Part shown: piece after piece, positions 27,318-40,759 of the stretch
Layout: every line of letters begins with the position of its first letter
Position numbering within the stretch: the stretch's first letter is position 1
Assembly: GCA_951406725.2 (NCBI GenBank)
Contig: OX597814.1
Coordinates: 215,326,001 to 215,390,000 of the forward strand
Length of the DNA: 64,000 nucleotides
Direction of reading: 5' to 3'
Origin: Octopus vulgaris
Taxonomy: Eukaryota
Position numbers and translations under genes: made by a program
The notes under the pieces: model-generated
What the model saw: only the letters and a program-made list of their open reading frames with translations
The model's database searches: none
Told to the model about the DNA's origin: nothing

Positions 27318-27530
27318 AAAGGCAGCAAGCTGGCAGAATCATTAGCATGCCGGGCGAAAATGCTTAGCGACAATTCGTCGAAGTTTACGTTCTAAGCTCA
27401 AATTCCATTGAGGTCAAATTTGCCTTTCGTTCTTTCGGAGTCGATAAATTAAGTATCAGCTGAGTACTGGGGTCGATGTATTGACTTGCATCCTCCCACC
27501 GAATTTGCTGCCGTTGGGCCCAATGAAACC
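27318..27530 (+). mobile_element. SINE family A
   Basis: AAGGCAGCAAGCTGGCAGAATCATTAGC...GTCGATAAATTAAGTATCAG...GGGGTCGATGT. Confidence 0.85.
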
Positions 27531-27739
27531 AATATAACACAACGGTTACCTAATTATATATGTATGTCCTCTGTATCTAATTTTGCCTTGTTTAATAGCG
27601 TTAGGATTTTTATTTGCTTTGCTTTCCTACTTTTCTTTTTATGGTATCGCCTTTTATTATTTTGCGTTAGTCATTTACCGATATTAATTAGTTCAATTAT
27701 TTTAATTAAATTTAATTTACTTCATATTTATTTGAAATG

Positions 27740-30100
27740 TTTTCCAAGATTTCTCGAAAGTATTCATTGTCAACGAATCAAAGAGTCTCCGAAAGAGACC
27801 AACCAGTTGATGCTCGTCGATACCCAGATTTTACACGAAAATGTTGTCGCTCTCCACCAGTCATCTAAAAAAAGTTGAAGCGGAAATTTCATCGACACAT
27901 TGCCAGAGGACACCAAGTGTTGGTGTTCACATGAATCAGGGATGCAGTTCATCCAAGAGACGAGTCGCAGCAGAACAAGATCGATTACATTTGTTCACCG
28001 TCATCGTTATCCCGTAATTTCTGCAAATGTAACTTCAGTGTGTATCTGTGATTGCTCAGGCTTAGTGTTCTAAGTAAATTTTGAGTGAGTTTTACAAACA
28101 ATTAGAAGTGTTTGACCAGCAGGATCTGCCGGCTCTTTTACAGAAATCGAAACAGGATGCACTCCAGTTTGTTTATTGGGAAGCAATGAAGGAGTTAACC
28201 ACTTTTGCCTCGTATTTCAATGCCGACTTTCTCTCAACCCATTTATTAGTGAGACTTAACGCTCTACACACAGCCTTTTGCCACGTTTTATCCACCTGGA
28301 GGTCCTGACCGAACAAGACACCAAATATATTAATTGGATATTTTGTCCAGCGGCAGAAGCCTCCGTTACATGCTTACTGGAACCTCACTTGTTCTGGTTT
28401 ATCCACTACCTCACCCCGTTACCGCCAGATATCTCTTCAGTATGGTGTCGATCACCTCAATTTCCAGTATGTTCAACATCATCAGGGTGTCGTTGTGTGC
28501 ATGTACTGTGGATCAATTCCAGTGGCACCCTTAATCTAACTTTCACTGCAGAAGCTCCAGCGCCAAGACAAGAAAAGATTCGAGCGAAGGCATCCATAAT
28601 GAACTTGTCGGGTGATGCGACGATTTAGTTGCCTCCCTCCGAACAAATTTCATTGCATGTCGTTGCGAAAGCCTCTGAAAGTTCAGTTGCATTTACTACG
28701 ACTGCTAATTAATGATACTCAATCACGTTGGAGATTTTAGCCTGATTTAACTTGATTAGTGCTCCACTAAAAGCTAATCAATTCGAGAACGTCCTGTGAC
28801 ATCTTGCATTAGATGGAGGCTGTCGTGGATAATTATGTGGGTTTGTGTATCTCCGAGTATACTACAGTAAACAAGCGTCGACCTCTTAGTAAGCATCTTT
28901 GCTAAAATTTTAACTATGATATTAGCAAAATCTCGGACCTAAAACTATAAAGTATGTACTTTGCGTGAGTGCTTTCTTAGAAGCATCAGCATACCTTAGT
29001 GCTCAAAGGGAAGGTCCCCGTTTTGTTGTCATTTGCACTAGACAGTTGCCAAGACAAAGGTGCAGTAGTTTTAGCCTTGGTATACTTTTCGTAAAGCTGC
29101 CTAAAGTGTCGTTTTTACCGCCAAAATCGATTTTGCGATTTTTTTCCCCTTCTTAAGTCAGGAAGCGTGACAAAAACGTTCAGTTAAGAACCGAAACGTC
29201 AGCATCTCCAATGTGTCGTTCCACGTAAGTTGTTCAGCAAAGTCTTACCCATGCACTGCATAAATTCGCTGAGAATTGGATAACATGGACTCATGGTAGT
29301 TCGTCAAAACGAATGCAGTTGCTCTAACCGGGACCATCGAATTGATTTCAATTCCTTGTGTCTCGGAGCGTGCCCTTAGGTTGGGTGATCCAAGCTCATC
29401 CAGCGTAACCTCGTGATTCATATAGAAGAACTCATTCAGACGTCGTCATTGCTTGTACTTCGAATATATTGTCTTTCTTCTCACCTTTCGAAATTAGTGT
29501 TTTCTAGCACTAGTTTGTTATGAAAACAAACTCCTCTTTAATGTGACCTATCCCATGTTGTTGATTATTGTCCTCGTCAATGCTTGCTGAATTACTTCAT
29601 TTAACTCTGTGTTAATAAAGACGCGTTCAAGATTCCAGTAACCGGCTTTTTGTATATTTGACTGTTCTAGTCTGTGTAGCTAACCACCGGATATTATAGA
29701 TATCCTATACTGTCCCTATCTGCTAATGTGACGATAACTTCTATATAGAACTTGGAAGACTCGCTCCGTTTTCAGCGCATTAAAATATTTGAGAGGTTTT
29801 CGATATCTGTCACTGTCAATCGAAAATGCCTAAGAACGGCAGAAACTTTTTAACACCCACCATTCAGTTACTACAATACTCACAATTCTCACAACTGATA
29901 CGATATCAATGTCACTAGCACTACTGAACGAGGTGTAACTTGGAAATTTTCCAGACGCTTAGAGAATATGTTTGCCTAGTTTTTGTTGGGATACAAATGG
30001 CCATCTGCCGCAAAACATCACCCCTACTCTTTTACATCTCTAGGACAGCCGATGCAACGTCCGATTCTAGGAGGATCGAATTTACCTGGAGTTTTAGACC
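27740..30100 (-). mobile_element. Heavily decayed CR1/Jockey-type LINE ORF2
   Basis: About 2.3 kb of microsatellite-free, higher-GC sequence; minus-strand fragments resemble VVNSWNxLP (about 28170-28210), PYxxxDI and ERL (28350-28450) and GxxLG (about 29000); many stops and frameshifts. Confidence 0.55.
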
Positions 30101-30309
30101 ATACAGAACACTCCAATCAATCAGGTACAACTATACACGGTTTATATCTTGTAGAAGGATCGAAAATCATGATGATCTGAATGCATGGTTTAGCTTGTAG
30201 CTTCCACTGAGGTTAAACTTGTCATCCACTGTTTATATTATATCAGTTCAGTACTACGGTCGCTGGTTCTAATTCCTTCCTTTCTTTCTTTATTGTACCT
30301 ACAATTCAA

Positions 30310-30617
30310 GTGGAGGCACATGGCCTAGTGGTTAGAGCAGTAGACTCGCGGTCGAGGGATCGCTGGTTCGAATCTCAGACCGGGCGATATGTGTGTATTT
30401 ATGAGCGAAACACCTAAGCTCCACGCGGCTCCAGCAGAAGGTAATGGCGAACTTCTGCTGACTCATTCGCCACAACTTTCTCTAACTCTTTCTTCCTGCA
30501 TCTTGCAGTTCAACTGCGACGGGCCGGCGTCACGCCCGAGTAGGGAACTTATACGCCAAGAAACCGGGAAACCGGCCCTTATGAGCCATGCATGGCTCGA
30601 GAAGGAACAAAACAACA
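30310..30617 (+). mobile_element. SINE family D (tRNA-Arg-like head) with 13-bp target-site duplication
   Basis: A box TGGCCTAGTGG, anticodon-like CTCGCGG, B box GGTTCGAATC; TSD ACCTACAATTCAA at 30297-30309 and 30618-30630. Confidence 0.92.
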
Positions 30618-32464
30618 ACCTACAATTCAAAGGTCCATCCTAATCACTTTGTGAGACTCTATTTCAGCTTGGGGAAATAGAGTTAATGGTCCATGCGTCT
30701 GTAGAATACTCAACTGCTTACATTTTAATTTCTTGAGCAGGAATTCACTTGGATGAACAAATGAATGTTCCTTCTGGAACCCGACTAAAAAATCAACCAA
30801 CTCTTTTTCGTTTCACTGCTTGTTTGAAATTACATTACACAGCTAACACCTGCAAAATTATTATATTTTCCCAGCAAATCTTCTGATAAAGGCACATTTT
30901 TACTTTGGCAAAAAAACAAAAAAAAATTGCATAGCAGACGATAGCTTTAGCTTTACTAATTGCCACGGCTGTCATGGCTACTTCCAACCGCACCCCTCTC
31001 TTTATAAATGAAATTTGTTAACATTCAATAAAAATATTTGTCCGTTATCTGCAGATATATTTATATCTCCTATAATTAGTAGAGAGAATGGTAGTTTTCA
31101 AACACTCTTTCTTTCCCGAGAAAGTTCGAAACAATTATATTGATAAAAAATATAAAATTTCGTCAGAGAAATTTAGAAATACCTGTGTAAACTTGCTGAG
31201 CGTCTAGGTTTACAATCAGAACAATCCGAGATGATGATGATGATGATAATGATGGTGGTGGTAGTTGTGGTACAATTAATAACAGTTTCTAATTTAGACA
31301 CAAGAACGGAAATTTAGTGTGTGAATGGTGGTGGGTCAGACGATTACGTTATTCCAGTACATGACTGACAGAGACCTCAAACGACTATATAATAACGAAA
31401 ATTACGTAGACGGTAGCAATCTATCCATATTGTGTCTCTAAGATGATTATGTCCTAGATCAACCTTATCACCAATGAGTCTTAAAGTGAGCTTCGTATTC
31501 CTTCATCCTTAATTATTAGTCTGTGAGAAGGCGTGGTGGATTAGATGAGTTTGTCTTTGCGTTTTCCATTAAACGAGTTTGTCAAATGTAACACTAACAT
31601 GTATTGTGATCAATACCCTTCCTAGCCTAATGTAAGGGAACACACTTCACATATCGACTAGAATTCTCTGCGATTGCTATTTCGAGAGCATAAAAAAAAA
31701 AGAAAAAAACCTGTGTCTTTCTAGATACAGAGGTATTTCCTTTTTTCCTGCTGCTTGAAAAGGGGCTTAGGTGTTGATGCGTTTACCTTTGTCACCCAGC
31801 ACTCTAAGGCCAGACATTTTCACCGCTGGATAATTCAGATCTAAGGCTCATCTGTTTGAGATAGCTCCAACGAAAAAAGAATGATTACAAACGCATTTTT
31901 GTTTCCCCGCTTCGAACTTTCTTTTCATTTTAATGTCATTTTCAATATTTATTCGCCTGACAAGCATGGACATTGTTTTTATTTTATGCCATGTAAATTT
32001 GCATTTGTGGATATTTAATTGCAGCTGGTTGCATTAGGTGTATCGTTTTGTGTTTTTTTTGTAACATTTATTCTGTTAATCTCATTTTTTTCTCCTATGA
32101 AATCTGTTATCTTTGTTGTATTGGTTTTCGTTTGTTCGAACATTAAATGAACACTCTGTTTCAAATGGGGATGCATAATCTATTCTACTCTCTTTCTTGA
32201 AATTAGCTCTCACTGTTCCTCTGATGGAGAAAGCCACATTGAAAATTTCTGTAAAATACAAAATTCTGGGAAAATAATTAAAATATTATTTGAAGCAGAC
32301 GTTTGGATGAATATGCTAGCTTTGCAACGTCACCTGTTGGTAAAATAATTGAAAAAAGGAATAATTTTCATCCAGTTAAACTTGTTCTTTATCCAAAAAT
32401 TCTTGGGAAGATTTATAACGTCAACTTACACGACAGCACACTCATAATAATAATAACAACAATA

Positions 32465-32935
32465 GGTATGAACATGAGCCTAGTAAAGTAATAGACAGTA
32501 AGAAATATAAAATATTGTGGGACCTTAGCATTCAGACGGACAGAGTAATAGAACCTAGAGGATCTGATTTAGTAGTGGTAGATGTGAATAATAGAAAATG
32601 CCAGATAATTGACTTTACAGTCCAAAATGATGAGAAAGTCAATATGAGAAAAATAGAAAAATATCAAAGTACCAGGACCTAGACATTGAGTTACAGAGAC
32701 TATAGAAAGCGCAGGTAAAATGTTTCCCTGTAGTTACAGACGTATTAGGAACTATCCCTAAAGATTTGAACAGATTGGTAGAGGAAATTGGCATAAAATC
32801 CAGTTTAGTACAGCTCCAGTGTTATTTGGGGCAGCTAGGATACTTAGGAGGGCTCTTGGCATCTGAAGTTACTCGTTGTAACCCGATGTGAAGAATTTTT
32901 CATTTCCAACAGACTAATCTGTTGGGCGTATATGA
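32465..32935 (+). mobile_element. 3' end of an R4/Dong-clade non-LTR retrotransposon (restriction-like endonuclease), decayed
   Basis: KILWDLSIQTDRVIEPRGSDLVVVD...CQIIDF...KYQDL...PVVTDVLGTIPKDL...ARILRRALG; flanked by (TAA)/(CAA) repeats. Confidence 0.88.
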
Positions 32936-33015
32936 AATAACAACAACAACAACAACAACAACTATAATAATAATAATAATAATAATAATAGTAGTAGTAG
33001 TAATAATAATAATAA

Positions 33016-33077
<62 letters not shown>

Positions 33078-33291
33078 ATCCTTTCTACTATAGGCACATG
33101 GCCTGAAATTTGGTGGAAGGGGACTAGTCGATTACATCGACCCCAGTACTTAACTGGTACTTAATTCATCGACCCCGAAAGGATGAAAGGCAAAGTCAAC
33201 CTCGGCGGAATTTGAACTCAGAACGCAACGGCAGGCGACATACCGCTAAGCATTTCGCCCGGCGTGCTAACGATTCTGCCAGCTCGCCGCC

Positions 33292-33292
<1 letters not shown>
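33078..33292 (-). mobile_element. Young SINE family A, tail type 1
   Basis: Full-length copy closely matching 5718-5933, between (TAG)n and (TAA)n. Confidence 0.93.
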
Positions 33293-33322
<30 letters not shown>

Positions 33323-33874
33323 CCTGATGCAGTACCAGGCAGTGGCTCTCGTGGCTTCTGATCTTAACTGATTGGAAGTGTTATCATGTACATTGTTTTG
33401 TCTTGGTATAAAAGATGGGCTACAGCAAATATTCTGCTCAATACCACAGATTTGCTTGTCAGTTGTTTGACCTTAACCAGTTGAGCATGTCCCTTAGTGG
33501 CTGACGATATGTGCATCTCTGATCACGAGCAGAAGTAGTGGGGGAGCATCATAGCCATGTGTTGAGAAGGATTCTTTGGGGTTTGAATAATTCACCTCTG
33601 GAAACATGGGTGTTTCGTTCAACGTCCTTAAACAACCCTTATTCAGGGACCTTTTGAGCGGGATGGGTTACTCGATCTGAAGAAAATTCTAACTGGGCTC
33701 CACCTGCAAGGTCATGTGCTGTTTATCTTGATATGAGATCACCATGTCGCGCACATATGGTTGTGATGCATGTGCCTGGTGTACCCTTATCAGACGGGTA
33801 GTCATGATGGGTATACTGGGCTTCGTATATTTTACCCCAGTGTCACTTTGATGGCATGCCCTGCTCGCTCACTC
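33323..33874. mobile_element. 552-bp non-coding element inserted in (AAT)n
   Basis: Sharp boundaries with pure (AAT)n on both sides; GC well above background; no ORF. Confidence 0.7.
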
Positions 33875-33921
33875 AATAATAATAATAATAATAATAATGA
33901 AAATAATAATAATGAATAATG

Positions 33922-34000
<79 letters not shown>

Positions 34001-34004
<4 letters not shown>

Positions 34005-34172
34005 CCTTTCTGCTATAAGCACATGGCCTGAAGTTTGGGGGAGGGGGTCTAGTCGATTACAACAACCCCAGTACTCAACTGGTACTTATTTCATCGAACT
34101 CAGAACGTGAATATATGAAACACCATTAAGCATTTCGCCCAACGTATTCACGATTCTGCCAGTTCGCAGCCT
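34001..34172 (-). mobile_element. SINE family A with internal deletion
   Basis: Same tail and head as 33078-33292; central part of the core missing. Confidence 0.8.
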
Positions 34173-34964
34173 TGATGATGATGACGATGATGATGACGAT
34201 GATGATGACAATGATGATGATGATGAGGATGATGATGATCACTTCTTTATTTCTCATCAGCTCGATAGGAATGATTGGCGAAGAATGTTGGAGAGTGGCT
34301 ACGCAGGAGCAGACAATTAAGCAGTATGGAGTTATATCAAAAACTATTCGCTGGCTTTTATGTAACGCTTACGCTAGATCTCAGCTTCTGTAGTTTTAGC
34401 ACAATCTACTAACAGACTCTGTTTGTCTCTACCTGTGAGATTTGCCTGTATAAATGCTGCTCTCTCTCTTCAGCAGCCTCTGTCGCTATGACAGCAACTG
34501 GTAAACTAGAACATCTGCTTTCGCTTTTATGTTTGCTTTTGTATTCTCTTTAATTTGTTGGTTATACAGCAATAAAGATAACGTTCTCTTTCTCTCTCTC
34601 CTTCTTTCTCTTTCTTTCTCTCTGTTCCCTCCTCTCTCTCTCTCTCTCTCTCTCCTCTCTCCTTCTATGTCTCTGTTCCCAGCTCGCCCTCTCTGTACCG
34701 TGTATATAATATACACAAGCACATTCACACACCAACACAAGAACAAGCAGCAAAGAGAAGAATGTGAATACACATACTCCGACACTTTCTTTTTAAACAC
34801 ACACACACACACACACACACGTTTCCAAATATACACGGATATATGAACAAAGTGCACACACACACGTTCACATATACTACTCAGCAACCACGTAGCAACA
34901 TAAATGTATATCTTTGTATATACACACACACACACACACACATCTATATATATATATATATATA

Positions 34965-35314
34965 TAATTAATCAATATAGGGTGGCAAAAAAAATTTTGT
35001 AGAATTCTTTTGCCACCAGCGGCCTAGTAGGAAAAAATTAAATAGTCATAGACCATTTTTAAGTTCAACATCAACAATCAAGGAACGGCCATAATAGGCC
35101 ATTCACCCACTAGAAATAACAGCCAAAGCTTCAACTGCAAATAAAAGTTAATTCTGTAAACCAGGAGAAAATTTAAAAATTTTTAAAAATTTAAAAAAGG
35201 GTAAATGTTTTTTAAATTTTCTCCTGGTTTACAGAATTAACTTTTATTTGCGGTTGAAGCTTTGGCTGTTATTTCTAGTGGGTGAATGGCCTATTATGGC
35301 CGTTCCTTGATTGT

Positions 35315-35318
<4 letters not shown>
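34965..35318 (-). mobile_element. PLE-type terminal element with a 110-bp inverted duplication
   Basis: Arms 35070-35179 and 35209-35318 are reverse complements with one mismatch; related to 56325-56760; flanked by (TA)n. Confidence 0.85.
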
Positions 35319-35346
<28 letters not shown>

Positions 35347-35349
<3 letters not shown>

Positions 35350-35670
35350 TCAGTGGTTAGAGCGTCGAGCTTACGATCGTGAGGTTGTGAGCTCGAATCC
35401 CGGACCGGGCTGCGTGTTGTGTTCTTGAGCAAGGCACTTTATTTCACGTTGCTCCAGTTCACTCAGCTGTAAAAATGAGTTGCGACGTCACAGGTGCCAA
35501 GCTGTATCGACCTTTGTCTTTCCCTTGGATAACACTGGTGGCGTGGAGAGGGGAGGCTGGTATGCATGGGCGACTGCTGGCCTTCCATAAACAACCTTGC
35601 CCAGACTTGTGTCTAGGAGGGTAACTTTCTAGGTGCAATCCCATGGTCATTCATGACCGAAGGGGGTCTT
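35347..35670 (+). mobile_element. SINE family C (tRNA-derived)
   Basis: GGCTCAGTGGTTAGAGCG A box and GCTCGAATCCC B box; 3' half repeated at 40107-40303. Confidence 0.9.
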
Positions 35671-35768
35671 TTATATATATATATATATATAATTAGATGC
35701 ATGAACTTAACAAATAAGCAGACTAGTATATATGCACACACCGAATTATCACGTGTGTGTGTGTATGT

Positions 35769-35808
<40 letters not shown>

Positions 35809-36041
35809 AAGTGCGTGCGTATGCGAGCGTGCGTGTGTGTGTGTATTACACATATTCAAGTATTCACAAGACATAGTAGGAGCCGCTAAGTGGGCGCTGA
35901 ACCTGCGAGAGATGGCAGCAAAATTTCCCTCAATTATACTTCTTCATCTTAAAAAAAAAAAAAACGGGGGACAAAATGAATAATGAAGTTCTAGATTTTC
36001 AATAACTGCAAGAAAAAGAAAAAAAATGAGATGATTTAAAT

Positions 36042-36170
36042 CAGTGGTTCTCATCCGGGGTCCATATTTTCCATGGAGGTCCAAGTAAAATTTTGTTGTG
36101 AAAATTTATCTGCAATGAAATAGTTATACTTCTACAATACTCACAATAACTTGGAACTTTTTTCGTATAA
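36042..36170 (+). mobile_element. Left end of a hAT-type MITE
   Basis: CAGTGGTTCTCATCCGGGGTCCAT resembles a hAT TIR; interrupted by the Helitron. Confidence 0.55.
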
Positions 36171-36565
36171 TCTTTATATATAAAAGTCAAGTTGTGTGTC
36201 TGTCTCCTACGATTTAGATTCCTAACTACTCCCACATTTTGCGGTGCAGTTTAACCAAAACCGGGTATCTTATCGTCGTGATTCATATTGAGCCCTTCTG
36301 GGTATTAGCGCGCGTCTACGATGAGTCTACGATTAAAAAAAAAATTACCATCAATTTTTCCCATTTTAATGCTTTTTTGGCATATATAAGGGAAGTAACT
36401 CTCTAAAAATTTATTATTAAATTTCAGAACGTAAAAAGTTACAGTAACACCCCCCCCTCCTTTGTGGTTAGCCATTTTGCGATGGCTATTATACTTTACA
36501 TCTCTAAAAATGCTTATATAGTTATTTCCCTTACAAACCCGAGCAACGCCGGGCGATACTGCTAG
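36171..36565 (+). mobile_element. Non-autonomous Helitron
   Basis: 5' TC, 3' CTAG, subterminal hairpin CCCG-agcaacgc-CGGG, inserted in A|T with no TSD; second copy at 45556-45922. Confidence 0.9.
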
Positions 36566-36754
36566 TAAGTATATAAGCAGAAAATTGTTCATATAGATAT
36601 ATGCATATGTATAACCACAAGCACGTTTAAAGTGTATATGCAAAGAATTTACACTCACATATATTACCAAAGTATGTACTTGCACCTACACATACATTAG
36701 TACAGACAGCAACAGATAAATATGCGCCCGCAATAATTGGATAGTGAAAGCAAA

Positions 36755-36800
<46 letters not shown>

Positions 36801-36825
36801 CATTTCCCCCTACACTAACTCTCTC

Positions 36826-36899
<74 letters not shown>

Positions 36900-37034
36900 T
36901 ACACACATATTTACGTATATATATATGTGTGTGTGTGTGTCAATGTTTTAAAATACCGTATAAACAAACTTACGTTGTCATAGAAATGTTGCGTGTGTGT
37001 GCATGCATAAATCAATATATATATATATATATAT

Positions 37035-37129
<95 letters not shown>

Positions 37130-37253
37130 CACATGTATATTCATACAGATGCATACGAAACTCACCGAAACTGAAATACATGTATATGCATATTTTGGCA
37201 TACAACCGCACACTGACAGTGGCATTTACATACATTCAGTCAACCCCCACCGC

Positions 37254-37323
<70 letters not shown>

Positions 37324-37768
37324 AAATAATGCTTCATATGCTCAGCAAACGTGTTCCTATTTCTAGACAAAAGAAGGTGAAAAAAACAAGGAGGTAAGGA
37401 AAGAATGAAAACGTATAAAATAAACCATTGGGACGAAGTTTCCGTTTCAGGAAATTAACGAGAAATTCGTTTAGATTCTATCTGTATTACTTGACACAGT
37501 ATGGAAATTTCTGCAATTAGATGTTACCTTGTTGTATTGATATATCTCAACAACTGATTCTTTGTCACTAGAATTCTTTTATACTAATACACCAGATGCA
37601 AGAGAAACACGTAGCACAACAGATAAGCTCCCAAGTAAATCCGATTTAAATCTCTTACTTTACTGCTAACCTCTCAGTAAGACATATATATGACATAATT
37701 TAATAATACTACCTTATAAATTTATGGTCTTATATCTAGTTAAGAAAGCAATATGTTTCTTCTCTAGT

Positions 37769-37930
37769 TGGCGCAGGTTTGACTGTGTGGTAAGAAGTTT
37801 GCTTCCCAACCATGTGATTTCGGGTTCAGTCCCACTGCGTGGTGCATTGGACAAGGGTTTTCTACAATACAACCGGTTAACCAGAGTCTTATGAGTGGAT
37901 TTGGTAGACGAAAACAGAAATAAGGCAGTC
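37769..37930 (+). mobile_element. 5' part of SINE family B
   Basis: GGCGCAGG..CTGTGTGGTAAGAAGTTTGCTTCCCAACC..GGGTTCAGTCCCACTGCGTGG; runs into (CTAT)n. Confidence 0.82.
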
Positions 37931-37938
37931 ATCTATCC

Positions 37939-37995
<57 letters not shown>

Positions 37996-39919
37996 CCATA
38001 GATAACGAAAAAGATGTCATCTAATGGAATAAACGTGTTCTTTCACTTTCTTTTCTTTGGTCAATATCCATCCATCAATCTGTCTGTCTGTCTGCCTGTC
38101 TGTCTGTCTGTCTGTCTGCCTGTCTGTCTGTCTGTCTGTCTGTCTGTCAATCTATCAATCTATATAGATAGTTAGATAGATATTTTTTATATTAAGGGCA
38201 TTACTATACATAAATGCCTCACGCTAAGAGGGACTCTTAAAGTCAAAACTACCATAATAATTAAACACATTGTACCGAACGCGAGGGAATGCAACACTCG
38301 AAGCTAGCCTTTTAAAACTAGATTCAGCAGCAGATCATATGATTTCATAATTAGTGCACAAAATGCACTTTTTAATCGTCAGTGCAAGCATATTCATGAC
38401 ACATAAAAATGTGGGAGTCAGATGTTCTTAGAAGCATTAGTACACATGATGCATTCGAATGCAGGTCGGTGAAGATAGTCATATGAATATTTTAGAATAG
38501 GCTTTCCATGCTTTATGGCAAAATATTTTTAAAAATCTTGCTGTAACATACAATAACACTTAATCAATATTCTAATTGACTTCTATTTAAAACTGAAATG
38601 TGATTTTCTCGGACTACTAACGATCAATGAAGAGACTAAAAAAAAAATCTCATGAATGCCTTTTAAAATTGTAAATTATTTTATCCCCATTGAAATTGTT
38701 TAGCTCTGTAAAACGCTTAAGTTAGCGTAATTTATTTGCCTGGGGTTATAAAATGCTGAAGATTTCAAAAAAGAATGAAATACTACCATACTTGGCTACC
38801 AACGAATAGAAATTTAAGGAACTTTATAATGTGTACGAAAAAGAAATACAAAAAGCGTATTCTCCGTACATCTTTACTTTTTGATTAAAAACTCAAACTT
38901 CCAACCCCGTCTTAATTTAACCGAGAAACAATTATCTCCACTATGATTAGCTGACTACCAGGTGCACAAAACGGGCAATACCACCGCTTTCATGAAAAAC
39001 CTTCAAATACAGACAGTACCGAACGTACTCATAAAAGGAAAACAACATATGATCGGGAATGCATTCAGGAATAATAGGGATACGATATAGCAGTAGAGCA
39101 CATAGTGTTTTCCCCCCGTCTCTCTCTCTCTGACTCTCTCTCTCTCATATACGCACATAGACACTCAAAAGCAAAGAAACAAAAAAGTCTGTTGACTTCA
39201 CATTCACGTTGGCATTTACTTCTGACCCGAGAATAGAACTGAGAAAATGAAAGGAGTGGGGAAATTATGTCGAATGGGACGAAGTGTACGAATGAATTTA
39301 GTATCAAAATCGACTTTTGTTGAACTGGTACCCATACAAAGATGAAAGCAAGGCTATAAGTGGATAGTGTTAGCAAGAATATTTATAACAAAGGAAAACA
39401 AAATGGGAGAGGGAGAGGGTTATAGCTTGAGGAGAAAAAAAATTAAAGAACCGAATTGGTAGGCTATAAATAACGAAAGATACAAAGAATGAAGGTTGGA
39501 AATATTGGGAATAATGGCGCAGCGTATTAAGATATCACACGAAACATATTGCGTATTACTCTAAAATATACGTTTTATACATATGCATGAATTACGACTT
39601 GAGTTTTATCAAAATTTATTCAAATTTCTATCATCTTTACAGGAGATATGAGTTTGAATCCCACTGGCGACCTTTTGACTTTTTCTATCCAGAGGGATTT
39701 ACACGCTTTTATTTGTATCTCATCTACTTCGAGATCCAACGTTCCAAAACAGTATTATTACATTTTAAACTGAAGTTTATACATTCTTATGGTGTCAACA
39801 ACATACAAATCTTTGCTGGTAAAGTTTCTAAAATAGATAGAAAAAAATTTGAGGATTGCTTTCCTCCAGTAGTAGAACGACTGTGAAGATTACAGATGTA
39901 AGTCCAAGTCCCGCGCGAA

Positions 39920-40300
39920 GCTGGAGTGGTGATGATCCCTGCTGTACTCTTTCACCACAACTTTCTCTTACTCTTTCATCCTGTTTCTGTTGTACCTGTA
40001 TTTCAAAGGGCCAACCTTGTCATACTTTGTGTCATGCTTATTTTCCCCTGAGAACTACGTTATGGGTACACGTGTCTGTAGAGTGCTCAGCCACTTGCAC
40101 GTTAATAAATGAGCTGTGATGTCACTGGTGCCAAGCTGTATTAGCCTTTGCCTTTCCTTTGGATAATATTGGTGGCGTGGAGAAAGGAGGCCAGTATGCA
40201 TGGGCAACTGCTGATCTTCCATAAACAACCTTGCCCAGATTTGTGCCTCGGAGGGTTACTTTCTAGGTGCAATCCCATGGTCATTCATGACCGAAGGGGG

Positions 40301-40303
<3 letters not shown>
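39920..40303 (+). mobile_element. Chimeric SINE remnant (family D core plus family C 3' half)
   Basis: CACCACAACTTTCTCTTACTCTTTC (D core) followed by GGTGCCAAGCTGTA...TCATTCATGACCGAAGGGGGTC (C tail). Confidence 0.75.
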
Positions 40304-40332
<29 letters not shown>

Positions 40333-40429
40333 ACGGGAAGGTTTACGAAAATAAACAAAAGACGAAGGCAGGTGGAGTACAAACAGACAATTGTATTAGT
40401 ATGGCGCTCAGGAATATAAATAAAACAAG

Positions 40430-40467
40430 TCTTTTACGTTTCGAGCCTACGCTCTTCAACAGAAAGA
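40430..40467 (-). ncRNA. Minimal hammerhead (CTGTTGA variant core) in the 190-bp element 40332-40521
   Basis: Minus strand TCTTT-CTGTTGA-A-GAGC gtag GCTC-GAAA-CG-TA^AAAGA; element bounded by (TA)n. Confidence 0.78.
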
Positions 40468-40517
40468 TACACAGAAAAGAAACAAGGAGAGAAAAATGCG
40501 TGCAGGAGCTAACGATT

Positions 40518-40556
<39 letters not shown>

Positions 40557-40759
40557 TATGTACAGATATATGTGTGTATATGCTTACGTGTGTACTCACA
40601 TACACACATGAAAGTGGCGTTAGGCTTAGTTCGGCTTCGCACGCTTTCCCACGAGTCGTAGAAGACAATGAAAATATTGTTACAACTGATGAAAATCATT
40701 TAAAGCCAGACTTAAAATTGTTAAACATTGAACTTCTATTTGCGTCAATAGCTTATTTC

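Noticed and set aside
30311-30385. tRNA-Arg-like sequence (also 35347-35410 and 42170-42246)
   Set aside because: These are SINE heads: they continue into repeated SINE bodies, have a TSD or tail, and lack a proper acceptor stem
40686-40694. CTGATGA motif
   Set aside because: No matching stem II, GAAA or stem I partners nearby
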